A program made the position numbers and the translations under genes. DNA of 32,000 nucleotides from Acholeplasma laidlawii PG-8A (lineage in GTDB: Bacteria; Bacillota_I; Bacilli_A; Acholeplasmatales; Acholeplasmataceae), in contig NC_010163.1 in NCBI RefSeq assembly GCF_000018785.1, positions 1,050,001 through 1,082,000 on the forward strand. The letters run 5' to 3'. The stretch's first letter is position 1. The number at the start of each line of letters is the position of its first letter. Under the pieces are notes generated by a model that was not told the origin of the DNA, ran no database searches, and saw nothing but the letters and a program-made list of their open reading frames with translations. This document shows, one piece after another, positions 17,890 to 28,465 of the stretch.

Positions 17890-19000
17890 TCCAAAAATTC
17901 TTCTCTATTATATCAACTATTCTTTTTGAAGAAAAACCGTCTCCATAAGGATTATTGGATTGTGCCATTTTTTGATATTCATTGACATCAGTTAATAATA
18001 ATTTAAAAGAATCATATATGTTTTTTTCTTCAGTTCCAACCAATTTTAAGGTACCAGCCTCAACTCCTTCAGGACGTTCTGTCGTCTCTCTCATTACTAA
18101 TACTGGTTTACCTAATGATGGTGCTTCTTCCTGTATACCACCGCTATCTGTCAATATAAGATGTGAAGCATTCATTAAGTTATGAAAATCAACAACATCA
18201 AGTGGTTCTATTAATCTAATTCTCGCATTATTAGAAAAAATCTCATTTGCAAGATTTCTTACAATCGGATTAAGATGAATAGGATAAACAACTTTGATAT
18301 CTTCAAATTCACTAACTATTCTATTAATTGCGTTAAACATATGCCTCATTGGCTCACCCAAGTTTTCTCTTCTGTGAGCAGTAATTAATATAAGTTTGGA
18401 TCCTTTTGCCCAGTCAATTATAGGATGTTTATAATCCTGTTTTATTGTTGTTCTTAATGCGTCAATTGCCGTATTTCCCGTGACATAAATTGTACTTCTA
18501 TCTATATTTTCTCTCATTAAATTCTGTAATGCATTTATTGTTGGTGCAAAGTTATACCTCGCAATTATCGAAACAGCCTGTCTATTAAACTCTTCTGGAA
18601 AAGGCGAGTAGATATTATTAGTTCTAAGTCCTGCTTCTACATGCCCTATTGCTATTTGGTTATAATATGCTGCTAATGCTGTTACAAATGTAGTGCTTGT
18701 ATCACCATGAACTAAAACAAGATCAGGTTTTTCATAATCTAGTACTTCTTTAATCTTATCTAGTATATTAATGGTCACATCGAATAGAGTTTGATTTTCC
18801 TTCATTATGTGGAGATTGTAGTCTGGTTCAATACGAAAAGATTCAAGAACCTGATCAAGCATTTGTTTATGTTGACCTGTCACACATACTTTAGTAATAA
18901 AGTTATTCCTACTTTTCAATTCATTAACAAGAGGACACATTTTGATTGCTTCTGGTCTTGTACCAAAAACAACCATAATTTTTTTAGTCTTTATTCTCAT
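17882..19000 (-). CDS. wecB: UDP-GlcNAc 2-epimerase (non-hydrolysing)
   Basis: VVFGTRPEAIKMCPLV, HGDTSTTF, GHVEAGLRT, LTDSGGIQEEAP, RETTERPEG. Confidence 0.93.
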   Translation of the reverse strand: MRIKTKKIMVVFGTRPEAIKMCPLVNELKSRNNFITKVCVTGQHKQMLDQVLESFRIEPDYNLHIMKENQTLFDVTINILDKIKEVLDYEKPDLVLVHGDTSTTFVTALAAYYNQIAIGHVEAGLRTNNIYSPFPEEFNRQAVSIIARYNFAPTINALQNLMRENIDRSTIYVTGNTAIDALRTTIKQDYKHPIIDWAKGSKLILITAHRRENLGEPMRHMFNAINRIVSEFEDIKVVYPIHLNPIVRNLANEIFSNNARIRLIEPLDVVDFHNLMNASHLILTDSGGIQEEAPSLGKPVLVMRETTERPEGVEAGTLKLVGTEEKNIYDSFKLLLTDVNEYQKMAQSNNPYGDGFSSKRIVDIIEKNFWSE

Positions 19001-19026
19001 TTTTAGGTCTCACTTTCATATAGTCA

Positions 19027-20151
19027 TTATTTTAATTTTGTAAATATCCAATTATCAGTTATCATTGGAAGGAGTATATCATGAAAATAAGGAAGTACAT
19101 ATATAATAAAACAATAAACTGTAGTAATCACTATTAATATTTTAACAATAGTGCGTTCTTTACATCGTTTCATTATTGATACTCCCAAGATGCTGGCTGA
19201 AATAAAAATCGGAAAAATAATTTTGTAAATACGCGAAAACTCTGTATTTACTTTAAGGAGTGGTGCTAAAAAAAATAATATTAGACTTATCAAGTAGGCA
19301 TACTCTATGAATATATATTTCTTTTTATTAGATTCCAATTTATCCAATTCAGTGTACTTGTATTTCAAAATGTAGTTCTTTATTATTATGAATGTTATAA
19401 AAAACAGCACATTTGAGATGACAAATAGTAGATATCCATAGTTTCCAGATATAGTAATATAGTCTTCTTTGGCAGATGAAATATTAAAAATTCCACTTAA
19501 TAATCCCCATATTAAATCTATGAAATATTGCAATAACACTTCATTTAACGAGAGAATAATCATTAAACTAATGATTACCGTGAAAACCAAATTGAAAGTT
19601 AAAATATCTTTTCGATTATTAATAAATTTAGTCAATATCGGAATAATGAGATATATACCAAAGAATACTATTGATATATGAAATAATGAGGCCAGGTAGA
19701 TTAATAGTATAAATAGCAAATTACTAAATCTAACTTTCTCTATAAGTAGTATTATTCCAATATATAAAAATGCTGTAGCAATTGTTGTTCTTAAACTGTA
19801 AGCAAAAAACGAAAGAGGATATATCATAAATATTATATAATAAATATATTTAGATTTTTTTGGTAGATATCTATTTGATAATTTTAGTATTATAAAAATA
19901 GAAGTTCCAATGATTATAGCCTTGAATAAGTTAAAATGCACCCCTTTACTATAGAAGAAATTTTCAATAAAACGATAACCCTTTTCAAAATTTGTCTCTA
20001 TTAAATTAGAATAGCTCATAGAGTAAGCTTCGTAGTCAAAGTTATTAGTAACTCCTACGCCCAAAATTAGAATTAATATCACTAACAACAAGTTTTTAAG
20101 ATCATTTCTATTAATTAATATATTATTTGGATTCATGTTTTGCACCTTCAA
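19027..20151 (-). CDS. wzy: EpsG/Wzy-type polysaccharide polymerase
   Basis: 374 aa multi-TM protein with FNNFDYEAYSMSYSNLI and YPLSFFAYSLRTTIATAFLYIG motifs typical of the EpsG family, in a polysaccharide operon. Confidence 0.75.
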   Translation of the reverse strand: MKVQNMNPNNILINRNDLKNLLLVILILILGVGVTNNFDYEAYSMSYSNLIETNFEKGYRFIENFFYSKGVHFNLFKAIIIGTSIFIILKLSNRYLPKKSKYIYYIIFMIYPLSFFAYSLRTTIATAFLYIGIILLIEKVRFSNLLFILLIYLASLFHISIVFFGIYLIIPILTKFINNRKDILTFNLVFTVIISLMIILSLNEVLLQYFIDLIWGLLSGIFNISSAKEDYITISGNYGYLLFVISNVLFFITFIIIKNYILKYKYTELDKLESNKKKYIFIEYAYLISLILFFLAPLLKVNTEFSRIYKIIFPIFISASILGVSIMKRCKERTIVKILIVITTVYCFIIYVLPYFHDILLPMITDNWIFTKLK

Positions 20152-21301
20152 CTTTTAATTTATATATTGTTAATACCTGATCCTTAAAACTATCTAAATC
20201 ATACTTCTTATCTCTAATACCTTTTGCTATGTCTTCTAATTTAGGCTTATCAATGGAAATTACTCTATCAATCTGATTTATCCATTTATTTTTTTTTTCT
20301 GTTAAACTAATTCTTGTCATCAAGTTTAAACCCATGTCCACTTCTTCTGTTATGTTTTCAGATGCAATGGATGGAATACCACATGACTGGGATTCCACTA
20401 GAGACAATGGTAGACCTTCATGTAAAGAAGGTAATATAAAAACATCCAATGAATTGTAAAACAAGTTCATGTCTGTAATGTTACCTAAAAAATACACCTT
20501 ATCCTTTATATTCAATTCGCTAACTAGTTTTTCATAGATATCCTTAAGTTCACCATCACCAGCTAACAATAATCTATAGTCACCATTCAAATTTGCCTCA
20601 TAAATTAACTCTATTAAAAATCTTTGATTCTTGACTTCCGTAAATCTAGCAGCATTACCGATGAAAACTGTATTATCGTTTCTGTCCAAAGCAATTTTTC
20701 TATATTTTGTGGTGTGAATAGGCTTAAAAATCTCTAAGTTTATTGCATTTTTCAATATTAAAACCTTTTTCATGACTAGCTTATTACCATAAATATATAT
20801 CCCTGCATCTTTACCACAAGCAATATATTTATTGTTGAACATTCTAATCATTCTTGTTGATACAAATCTATACAACTTGGGAAATCTTAGTCCTTTTAAA
20901 AGAGGATCAGAAGTATTATGGACATGATAAATTCTATTTTTTATACCTGCAAAATAGCCTGCTATTGAATTAAGTACTCCACTATGAATAGAGTGTACAT
21001 GAATATAGTCATACTTTCCATTTGATTTAAGCATTTTCCTTATTAGTCTAATGTATTTCAAAGGATTTAGGTTTTTCATCTCAGGAATATAAAATATTCT
21101 TACACCCTTAGCAATTAATTGCTTATCTTTTGGGCCTTCATAATTTCGGCTCACATATATATCATAAACTATATTTTTGTCTCTCATGGAGTTGAAAATT
21201 TCTTCAACCACATATTCAACTCCACCATTCAAAAAAACTCCAGGAAAAACAGCAATTTTAGTTATAAATTGATCATTATTCAATTTCATTTTCATCACCA
21301 A
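20123..21301 (-). CDS. Glycosyltransferase, GT4-like (GT-B fold)
   Basis: FPGVFLNGGVEYVVEEIF, HVHSIHSGVLNS, LPSLHEGLPLSLVESQSCGIPSIAS. Confidence 0.88.
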   Translation of the reverse strand: MVMKMKLNNDQFITKIAVFPGVFLNGGVEYVVEEIFNSMRDKNIVYDIYVSRNYEGPKDKQLIAKGVRIFYIPEMKNLNPLKYIRLIRKMLKSNGKYDYIHVHSIHSGVLNSIAGYFAGIKNRIYHVHNTSDPLLKGLRFPKLYRFVSTRMIRMFNNKYIACGKDAGIYIYGNKLVMKKVLILKNAINLEIFKPIHTTKYRKIALDRNDNTVFIGNAARFTEVKNQRFLIELIYEANLNGDYRLLLAGDGELKDIYEKLVSELNIKDKVYFLGNITDMNLFYNSLDVFILPSLHEGLPLSLVESQSCGIPSIASENITEEVDMGLNLMTRISLTEKKNKWINQIDRVISIDKPKLEDIAKGIRDKKYDLDSFKDQVLTIYKLKVEGAKHESK

Positions 21302-22349
21302 TAAACCGAGAAACTTTTAGGTCAAAATTAGTATTATCTATCTTAACATGGTTCATGAAGTCATCACAGCCCTTTTTTAGAGTAGAAAAATCTAGATTAA
21401 TAAATTGTTCATAAATATCATCTGCAATTGTTCTAGAATCTAAATTCACTGAAATACCCATGTGGTATTTAAAGGAAATGTCATACATAAATGTATTAGG
21501 GTTAACCAAAATAGGTTTATTTAGAAATGCTGCATAGTATAACTTGTTTGATAGCGCATAAATGACTGAGGGATTATCATTTCCATATAAATTATATACT
21601 ATGTCACACTCTTCAAAATACCTCATTGTTTCATTTGACTCAAACTTAGAGATTAATTGAACATTTGTTACATTCTCACTTATGCAAAATTGACGCAACA
21701 TTTCCGAACCTTTACCTATAAAGTTTAGTTTAAATCTCGGATCATTTTTAAGTTCAATTATAATTTTCTTTGATATTTCAAAGAAGCGAATCAATCCGAC
21801 AAATGAAATTATTATAGGTCGGATTTCTGTTAATTTTCCTTTGTCATTTGTTTTTTTTGGTAAATCTTCTAGTTGCTGGCTGTTATGCACTAGAATGTAT
21901 TCATGTTTTGGTAAGAATTTCCTATAACCCTCAGACGAAATAACTGATAATTCACTCCCTTTTATTACTTTTTTCTCAATATTATAAAAAAATATGTTGT
22001 GCTCAAAGGTGTAATCTCTGATGTCGACTATATACTTTGCTCCTACATTTTTTCCAATAAGAACAGCAGACATTGTGTTTAAAAAAATTATTTTTTCATA
22101 CTTATTACTCTTTAGGATTTTCTTTACATATTTCCTAAATTTTAGGTACATCACGATTTTTTTCAACTTACTTTGTTTCGGATTAATATAGCCTATGAAT
22201 CCAAAAACATTCTTTGCAGAAGAACTCTCAGTTATTTCATCTCTATTCCAGTAAATAATATCAAAATCTGTAGCAATATGCTTTGTATAATTATTTATGT
22301 ATGGTGTCAAATACAAATTATTAACTGTTATTATTACTATTTTACTCAT
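21276..22349 (-). CDS. Probable glycosyltransferase (GT-B-like); preferred start ATG 22349
   Basis: MSKIVIITVNNLYLTPYINNYTKHI..., NSRTIADDIYEQF; position between GT genes; GGAG upstream of MSK. Confidence 0.6.
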   Translation of the reverse strand: MSKIVIITVNNLYLTPYINNYTKHIATDFDIIYWNRDEITESSSAKNVFGFIGYINPKQSKLKKIVMYLKFRKYVKKILKSNKYEKIIFLNTMSAVLIGKNVGAKYIVDIRDYTFEHNIFFYNIEKKVIKGSELSVISSEGYRKFLPKHEYILVHNSQQLEDLPKKTNDKGKLTEIRPIIISFVGLIRFFEISKKIIIELKNDPRFKLNFIGKGSEMLRQFCISENVTNVQLISKFESNETMRYFEECDIVYNLYGNDNPSVIYALSNKLYYAAFLNKPILVNPNTFMYDISFKYHMGISVNLDSRTIADDIYEQFINLDFSTLKKGCDDFMNHVKIDNTNFDLKVSRFIGDENEIE

Positions 22350-23472
22350 TTTTATATCTCCATACATTCTGATTTATATAATCAGTATAACCTAAAATGA
22401 TTCTTAACACCTTTTCTGATACATTTGGCATTGAATAATCACTAACATATCTAATAGTATCTTCGAATTGATTTTCAAGTACTACTAGACCTTGCATAAT
22501 TCTATCTTTATTCAGTCCAACCATCATAACAGCTGCTTCTTCCATTGCTTCTGGTCTTTCATGTGCTTCTCTTATATTTAGTGCTCTAAACTTTAGTATT
22601 GAAGATTCTTCACTAATTGTTCCACTGTCACTCAAAACAGCTTTGGAATCAATTTGAAGCTTATTATAATCAATAAATCCTAATGGTTTTAGTGCTTGTA
22701 CTAAAGGATGGAATGTAACACCTTTTGATTCAATCATTTTTCTTGTTCTTGGATGCGTTGAAATAATTACAGGCAGTTTATAGGTTTCTGCTATGGTGTT
22801 TAAGGTATCAACTAATTTTTCAAAATTACTAGAATTGATATTTTCTTCTCTATGGGCAGAAACTAAAAAATACTTTCCTTTTTCTAGATTTAGTCTAGAC
22901 AATACATCTGAACTATTAATTTCATCAATTTTACTCATTAAAACTTCAAACATTGGGCTACCAGTTTTAATGATTCTATCAGCAGGAATTCCCTCTCTTA
23001 AAAGATATTCACGCGCTATTGAACTATATGGTAAGTTAATATCTGCAATATGGTCGACTATTTTTCTATTAGTTTCTTCAGGTACTCTTTGATCAAAACA
23101 TCTATTACCAGCTTCCATATGGAATATTGGTATCTTACGACGTTTTGCAGCAATAGCTGTTAAGCAACTATTAGTATCTCCTAAAACTAAAAATGCATCC
23201 GGTTTAACTTCTTCTAGAATAGGATCCATTTTAATTAAAATGTTACCTATTGTTTCAATTGCAGTACCTGTAGCAGCATTTAAAAAGAAATCAGGCTTTT
23301 TAAGATTGAAATCCTTAAAAAACACTTCATTAAGTTCATAGTCATAGTTTTGACCTGTATGAACTAGTACATGTTCTACAGCTTCTGATTCATTTAATTT
23401 CTTAATAACTGCTGATAACCTAATGATTTCGGGTCTAGTACCTACAACTGTCATAACTTTTAATTTTTTCAT
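22342..23472 (-). CDS. capG: CapG/FnlC-like UDP-GlcNAc 2-epimerase family enzyme (UDP-L-FucNAc pathway)
   Basis: MKKLKVMTVVGTRPEIIRLSAVIKKL, HMEAGNRCFDQRVPEETNR; GGAGG RBS before ATG 23472. Confidence 0.85.
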   Translation of the reverse strand: MKKLKVMTVVGTRPEIIRLSAVIKKLNESEAVEHVLVHTGQNYDYELNEVFFKDFNLKKPDFFLNAATGTAIETIGNILIKMDPILEEVKPDAFLVLGDTNSCLTAIAAKRRKIPIFHMEAGNRCFDQRVPEETNRKIVDHIADINLPYSSIAREYLLREGIPADRIIKTGSPMFEVLMSKIDEINSSDVLSRLNLEKGKYFLVSAHREENINSSNFEKLVDTLNTIAETYKLPVIISTHPRTRKMIESKGVTFHPLVQALKPLGFIDYNKLQIDSKAVLSDSGTISEESSILKFRALNIREAHERPEAMEEAAVMMVGLNKDRIMQGLVVLENQFEDTIRYVSDYSMPNVSEKVLRIILGYTDYINQNVWRYKNE

Positions 23473-23473
23473 G

Positions 23474-24583
23474 TTAAACCTCCACAAAAATAGTATCAGG
23501 ATTATTAGGGTCAAACTGTTCGTTTGCCCACATCACTGTCACCATATCACTAGTTCCTAAGTTTTCTATATTATGTGTATATCCAGGTGGGATATCCACA
23601 ACTTCCAATTTTTCACCGCTAACAAAATATTCTATAACCTCTGTTGAATTAATATCTCTAAATCTAATAACACCTTGGCCACTTACTACTAAAAATTTCT
23701 CATTTTTAGTATGGTGCCAATGATTTCCTTTGGTTATGCCAGGTTTAGATATATTAATAGATACTTGTCCTCTATCTATAGTCTTAATAAATTCAGTAAA
23801 AGATCCTCTATGATCCTTGTTCATTTTAAGTTCATAACTAAACTGATCTTTAGGTAAGTAACTTAAGTAATTAGAATAGAGTTTCTTAGTAAAACCATCC
23901 ATCATATTTGGTATAGATTTGTTGGTTCTTGATTCTTTAAATTCATACAGAAGTTCTGCAATTTTACCAAGTTTAACTTCATAAACCGGTAAAACTTTGC
24001 AGTATTTACCTTCCATTTTAGGTTTACCATTTAAGCAACTTATGAGTTCTTTAACCACATCATCAATATAAATTAAATTCATTAAGTGTTCTGGGTTATT
24101 TACAGTAATCGGAAGATTATTAGCAATATTATGAGAAAATGTTGCTACTGCACTATTATAGTTTGGTCTACACCATTTACCAAATACATTTGGAAATCTG
24201 TAAACGAAAACAGATGCACCAGTCTCTTTACCATATTGAAATAATAACTCTTCGCCTGCTTTTTTGCTTTTACCATAAGGGTTATCTAAATCTGCTTGAA
24301 TAGATGAAGATATCATGATTGGTGCTTTGTTATTGTATCTCTTTAATTTATCTAGTAAAGTTGAAGTAAAACCAAAATTACCTAATTCAAATTCTTTTTC
24401 ATCTTTTGGTCTATTAACACCAGCAAGATGAAAAATGAAATCAGCAGATTGGCAATATAGATCAAGTTCTGATTCAGTTGAATCTATATCGTATAGATAG
24501 ATGTTCTCAAATTTTTGGTTTTTTAGTTCAGCTATTAAGTTTTTACCGATGAAGCCTTTAGCCCCAGTTACTAATATGTTCAT
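23474..24583 (-). CDS. capF: CapF/FnlB-like bifunctional reductase-cupin enzyme
   Basis: MNILVTGAKGFIGKNL SDR domain and C-terminal cupin region with RGSFTEFIKT...KPGITKGNHWHHTKNEKFLVVSG. Confidence 0.9.
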   Translation of the reverse strand: MNILVTGAKGFIGKNLIAELKNQKFENIYLYDIDSTESELDLYCQSADFIFHLAGVNRPKDEKEFELGNFGFTSTLLDKLKRYNNKAPIMISSSIQADLDNPYGKSKKAGEELLFQYGKETGASVFVYRFPNVFGKWCRPNYNSAVATFSHNIANNLPITVNNPEHLMNLIYIDDVVKELISCLNGKPKMEGKYCKVLPVYEVKLGKIAELLYEFKESRTNKSIPNMMDGFTKKLYSNYLSYLPKDQFSYELKMNKDHRGSFTEFIKTIDRGQVSINISKPGITKGNHWHHTKNEKFLVVSGQGVIRFRDINSTEVIEYFVSGEKLEVVDIPPGYTHNIENLGTSDMVTVMWANEQFDPNNPDTIFVEV

Positions 24584-24590
24584 TGTTATC

Positions 24591-25604
24591 CTACTTAAAT
24601 AAATCTAATTTTAATAATAATTTCTTCATACCTTCAACATCGAGTCTAGCTGTGTTATGAGAGTGATATGAGTCAGAAAGTTCTAGTGCTTTTGAACCTT
24701 TTTCTATAAACTTATCATAATTTAAATTTCTATTATCTGCAGGTATTTTATAAAAACCTTCCAAGTCTATAGCTTTTTGCATCTCTTCTTGAGTAACTAA
24801 TACCTCATAGAGTTTTTCTCCATGACGTGTACCAATGTAAACTGGTTCCATTTTACTTTGCTTTAATTCTAACACTGCTTTAGCTAATACATCAATTGTT
24901 GCTGCAGGTGCCTTTTGAACAAATAAATCACCTTGTTCCCCATGTTCAAATGCGTAAAGCACTAGATCAACAGCATCTTCTAAAGTCATCATAAATCTAG
25001 TCATTTCAGGGTTTGTGATGGTAATTGATCTATTATGTTCAATTTGATCTAAAAATAAAGGAATTACAGACCCACGTGATGCCATAACATTACCATATCT
25101 TGTAAGACATAATACAGTATCGTTTTCTCTTAATTGACGTGATCTTGCTACAACGTTTTTTTCCATCATTGCTTTACTCATACCCATTGCATTGATTGGA
25201 TATGCCGCTTTATCAGTAGATAAGAAGATTGCTTTTTTAACACCATTTTTAACTGCAGCAGTTATGACATTATCACTACCAACTACATTTGTCTTAACAG
25301 CTTCCATGGGATAAAACTCACAAGATGGTACTTGTTTAAGTGCTGCTGCGTGAAATACATAGTCTACACCTATAAAAGCTCCTTCTATGGAGTTGTAGTC
25401 TCTGACATCACCAATATAGAACTTTAATTTATCATTATTATAAAATTTTCTCATGTCTTCTTGTTTTTTTTCATCACGGGATAAAATTCTAATTTCTTTT
25501 ATATCACTACTTAAAAATCTTGAGACTACAGCATTACCAAATGAACCTGTACCACCGGTAACTAATAATATCTTACCCTTTAAATCTTTATTAAAATCAC
25601 TCAT
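24591..25604 (-). CDS. capE: CapE/FnlA-like UDP-GlcNAc 4,6-dehydratase/5-epimerase
   Basis: KILLVTGGTGSFGNAVVSRFL, FLSTDKAAYPINAMGMSKAMMEK, RYGNVMASRGSVIPLF. Confidence 0.92.
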   Translation of the reverse strand: MSDFNKDLKGKILLVTGGTGSFGNAVVSRFLSSDIKEIRILSRDEKKQEDMRKFYNNDKLKFYIGDVRDYNSIEGAFIGVDYVFHAAALKQVPSCEFYPMEAVKTNVVGSDNVITAAVKNGVKKAIFLSTDKAAYPINAMGMSKAMMEKNVVARSRQLRENDTVLCLTRYGNVMASRGSVIPLFLDQIEHNRSITITNPEMTRFMMTLEDAVDLVLYAFEHGEQGDLFVQKAPAATIDVLAKAVLELKQSKMEPVYIGTRHGEKLYEVLVTQEEMQKAIDLEGFYKIPADNRNLNYDKFIEKGSKALELSDSYHSHNTARLDVEGMKKLLLKLDLFK

Positions 25605-25605
25605 T

Positions 25606-26814
25606 TTACACCTCTATTTTTTCTAGAATTAGTTCAGCAGAATTATCAACGTTATAGTATTTTTCTAAAAAAATACGTCCTGTCTTGCCAAATTGATTAT
25701 TGATATTTTCTATTTTCATTTTTTCAACTAACTTGAAGAAGTCGTCAGTATTTTTACTTTCACACCAATAGCCAAACCCACCATTTTTAATCGTTTCACC
25801 AACATCTGTATTAAGATCAGTGGCTGCTATTACTGGCTTAGAATACTCAAGATAAGATAATAATCTAGATGGAAAATTAGGAATTGTAAATCTAGCATCC
25901 AAGAATATTAGCCCTATATCACATGCAGATAGTAATAAGTCAAATTTATCTTTTGCCAACTTGTCAATAAAAACTGTATTCACCAAATTATTGTCAACAA
26001 TAAATTTTTTGATTCTATTACTTTGTGTACCAGAGCCGACAATAGTTATAATATTATTATGGTTTTCATTCTCTAAAATAACCTTAAGAATAAACTCTAT
26101 TCCCTGTGGTTCTCCTAGATTACCACCATATATCATCTTAAATTTGTCTTTTGCTATACCATAAGTATCTAAAACTTCTTGTTTCTGATGAGAACTAATC
26201 TCAATGATTTGATTGATTTCTATACTATTGGGATTAATTTCTATTTTATGTTTATCAATATTGTTGTTATTTAATATATACTTTAAATTTGCTTGTGACA
26301 TACATCCGATATTGTCTGATAGATTATATACATTTTTTTCTTTTATTCTAAAGTATTTATGTATAAGTCCTTTTTTACTGAACATTCCCAAATCTACGGC
26401 ATTTTGAGGAAAAATGTCTTTTAAAAGTAGGTAAGTCTTTGCATGATAGTGGTTCTTTATATACTTTATAGACTTATTTAATGTGATTGGTGGTGTACTG
26501 TAAAGGACCAAATCAATAGTAGTATCTTTCAAATTTGATTTTACATATCTAAGTAACTTAGTATTTAATCTTAATAAATTTATTGCCTTTTTAATTTTTG
26601 ACTTTTGAAAAGATGAGCTTACTTTTATATTATGAACTTCTAGGCTTTCAGAATACTTAGTAACCTGATTATCATTGTCAGTTAAACTCAATACAATAAC
26701 ATTAGCATTTTTAGATAGTTCAAAGTAAAGATCACTATACAGTGATTTATTTAAATTAAAATCTATTTTTAAAATTGTTAGGACTAATATTGTTTTATCA
26801 AACATTGGCCTCAT
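25606..26814 (-). CDS. Glycosyltransferase (WbuB/CapL-like, GT4-type)
   Basis: C-terminal MIYGGNLGEPQGIEFIL...FPSRLLSYLEYSKPVIAATD; next to capEFG genes. Confidence 0.78.
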   Translation of the reverse strand: MRPMFDKTILVLTILKIDFNLNKSLYSDLYFELSKNANVIVLSLTDNDNQVTKYSESLEVHNIKVSSSFQKSKIKKAINLLRLNTKLLRYVKSNLKDTTIDLVLYSTPPITLNKSIKYIKNHYHAKTYLLLKDIFPQNAVDLGMFSKKGLIHKYFRIKEKNVYNLSDNIGCMSQANLKYILNNNNIDKHKIEINPNSIEINQIIEISSHQKQEVLDTYGIAKDKFKMIYGGNLGEPQGIEFILKVILENENHNNIITIVGSGTQSNRIKKFIVDNNLVNTVFIDKLAKDKFDLLLSACDIGLIFLDARFTIPNFPSRLLSYLEYSKPVIAATDLNTDVGETIKNGGFGYWCESKNTDDFFKLVEKMKIENINNQFGKTGRIFLEKYYNVDNSAELILEKIEV

Positions 26815-26818
26815 ATCC

Positions 26819-27493
26819 TTATCTAATTAATTTTAACACATCATTCAAATGACTAATTGATTGTCCTATATTTTCTTTAATCTCTGTTTTTTGATAATGA
26901 CTATTTTCATTAATATATAGGGCATATTGCATACCAAGTTTAATTGGGGCAATAAAGTCTTTATTTATATTGTCACCAATATAGATCATTTCATTATATT
27001 CAACATTAAAATAATCTTTAATAATAGTGTATGGCTTTTCACTTGGTTTCCAAAATTCTCTATTATCACCAAGTTCATCAGTTATCACTATTTTTTCGAT
27101 ATATTTATCTAATTCTAAACTAATAACTTTATTTATTTGAGTCGATTTGAATCCATCAGTTATTAAACCTAAATGAAATTCTGATTTTTTCAAATGTAAT
27201 AGAAGCTCTATTACTTCATCACTTAATTTAATATTCGGTTTATGATTTCGATAAATATATATCAAATCATCAATAAAGTTCTTATTAAGGTGTATATTGT
27301 TTTTTTCTAAAATTCGATTAAATATATAATTAGGAGATTCATTATATAGACTAACAAGTTCTTCATAGATTACACTAATAGGCTTCTTTATAACTTTTGA
27401 AAGTTCAATAGAAATTTCACCAAATGCGCTTAGTGCAAAAGACTTTTCACTAATTAATGTGTCATCTAAATCAAAAATAACTACTTTAATCAT
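26819..27493 (-). CDS. HAD-superfamily hydrolase
   Basis: VVIFDLDDTLISEKSFAL, LITDGFKSTQINK, MIYIGDNINKDFIAP. Confidence 0.9.
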   Translation of the reverse strand: MIKVVIFDLDDTLISEKSFALSAFGEISIELSKVIKKPISVIYEELVSLYNESPNYIFNRILEKNNIHLNKNFIDDLIYIYRNHKPNIKLSDEVIELLLHLKKSEFHLGLITDGFKSTQINKVISLELDKYIEKIVITDELGDNREFWKPSEKPYTIIKDYFNVEYNEMIYIGDNINKDFIAPIKLGMQYALYINENSHYQKTEIKENIGQSISHLNDVLKLIR

Positions 27494-28464
27494 AATATGA
27501 TTTCACCTTTTTTTACCATAATACTTGAATCATATCGTAAGAAATATACATCATCCTCATAAACTTCATTATATGACAGTTGTTCACCCATTAAGAGTCT
27601 ATATAGATTTTCACAGGAGTCTGCACCGGCTGCTATACTCATTGGTGCACCTCCACCAAATCTAGGATTAATTTCAATAAATTTTATCTCTTTGTCAATT
27701 TTTAATTGTACTGTTATATGTCCTATGAACTTAAATTCATCCATCATATTTTTAATTGTGTCTATTATAATTCTATGTTTTACAATCAATCCCTTAGATA
27801 TTTCACCGGAACGAGTTGCAAGCCTTAATCTTGGAACTATAGTAATTGGATTAGAGTCGAAATCTAAAAAGACATCAATAGTATACTCGTCTCCTCCCAC
27901 ATATTCTTGTAACATGTAGTCCGGTATAAATTTTCTATATAGTTCAAGTTCCTTATTATTATTCACTTTAAACGCATTGATACTTGAACTACCTGATTTT
28001 GGCTTAATAAAGCAAGGAAATGCCACTTTATTTTGCTCGATATCCTGATCACTGTATAAGTAAGGTACTAAAAATCCGTTATTGGATAAATCATCTGAGG
28101 TCTTAATTTTGTCTCTACACATTTGAATCAACTTAAGATCAGATATCATAACTTTAGCATTTGTTTCAGATTCTATTCTTTGTTTATTTTCAGCTAGAAT
28201 AAGTAACTCTGTATCTATTGTAGGTACTACAAGTTTTACATTTTCTTCGTTACATAATGAAATCAGGTTATCTATGTAGTTTATGTCACTTATCGCAGGA
28301 ATTAACTTATGTTTATCAGCAAAATAGAGCGCAGGAGCTAAACCTGACATATCTGCTGCTATTATAGAACTATTAATATTTAATTTTTTTGCAGCTTTTT
28401 TAAATGCTTGAATAAGTTCTACTCTTCTTCCAGCACTTAAAATCAATATATTATAGTTATTCAT
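27490..28464 (-). CDS. ATP-grasp enzyme (carbamoyl-phosphate synthase L-chain-like)
   Basis: NILILSAGRRVELIQAF, FPCFIKPKSGSSSINAFKV, GGDEYTIDVFLD, IEINPRFGGGAPMSIAAG. Confidence 0.87.
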   Translation of the reverse strand: MNNYNILILSAGRRVELIQAFKKAAKKLNINSSIIAADMSGLAPALYFADKHKLIPAISDINYIDNLISLCNEENVKLVVPTIDTELLILAENKQRIESETNAKVMISDLKLIQMCRDKIKTSDDLSNNGFLVPYLYSDQDIEQNKVAFPCFIKPKSGSSSINAFKVNNNKELELYRKFIPDYMLQEYVGGDEYTIDVFLDFDSNPITIVPRLRLATRSGEISKGLIVKHRIIIDTIKNMMDEFKFIGHITVQLKIDKEIKFIEINPRFGGGAPMSIAAGADSCENLYRLLMGEQLSYNEVYEDDVYFLRYDSSIMVKKGEIIL

Positions 28465-28465
28465 C

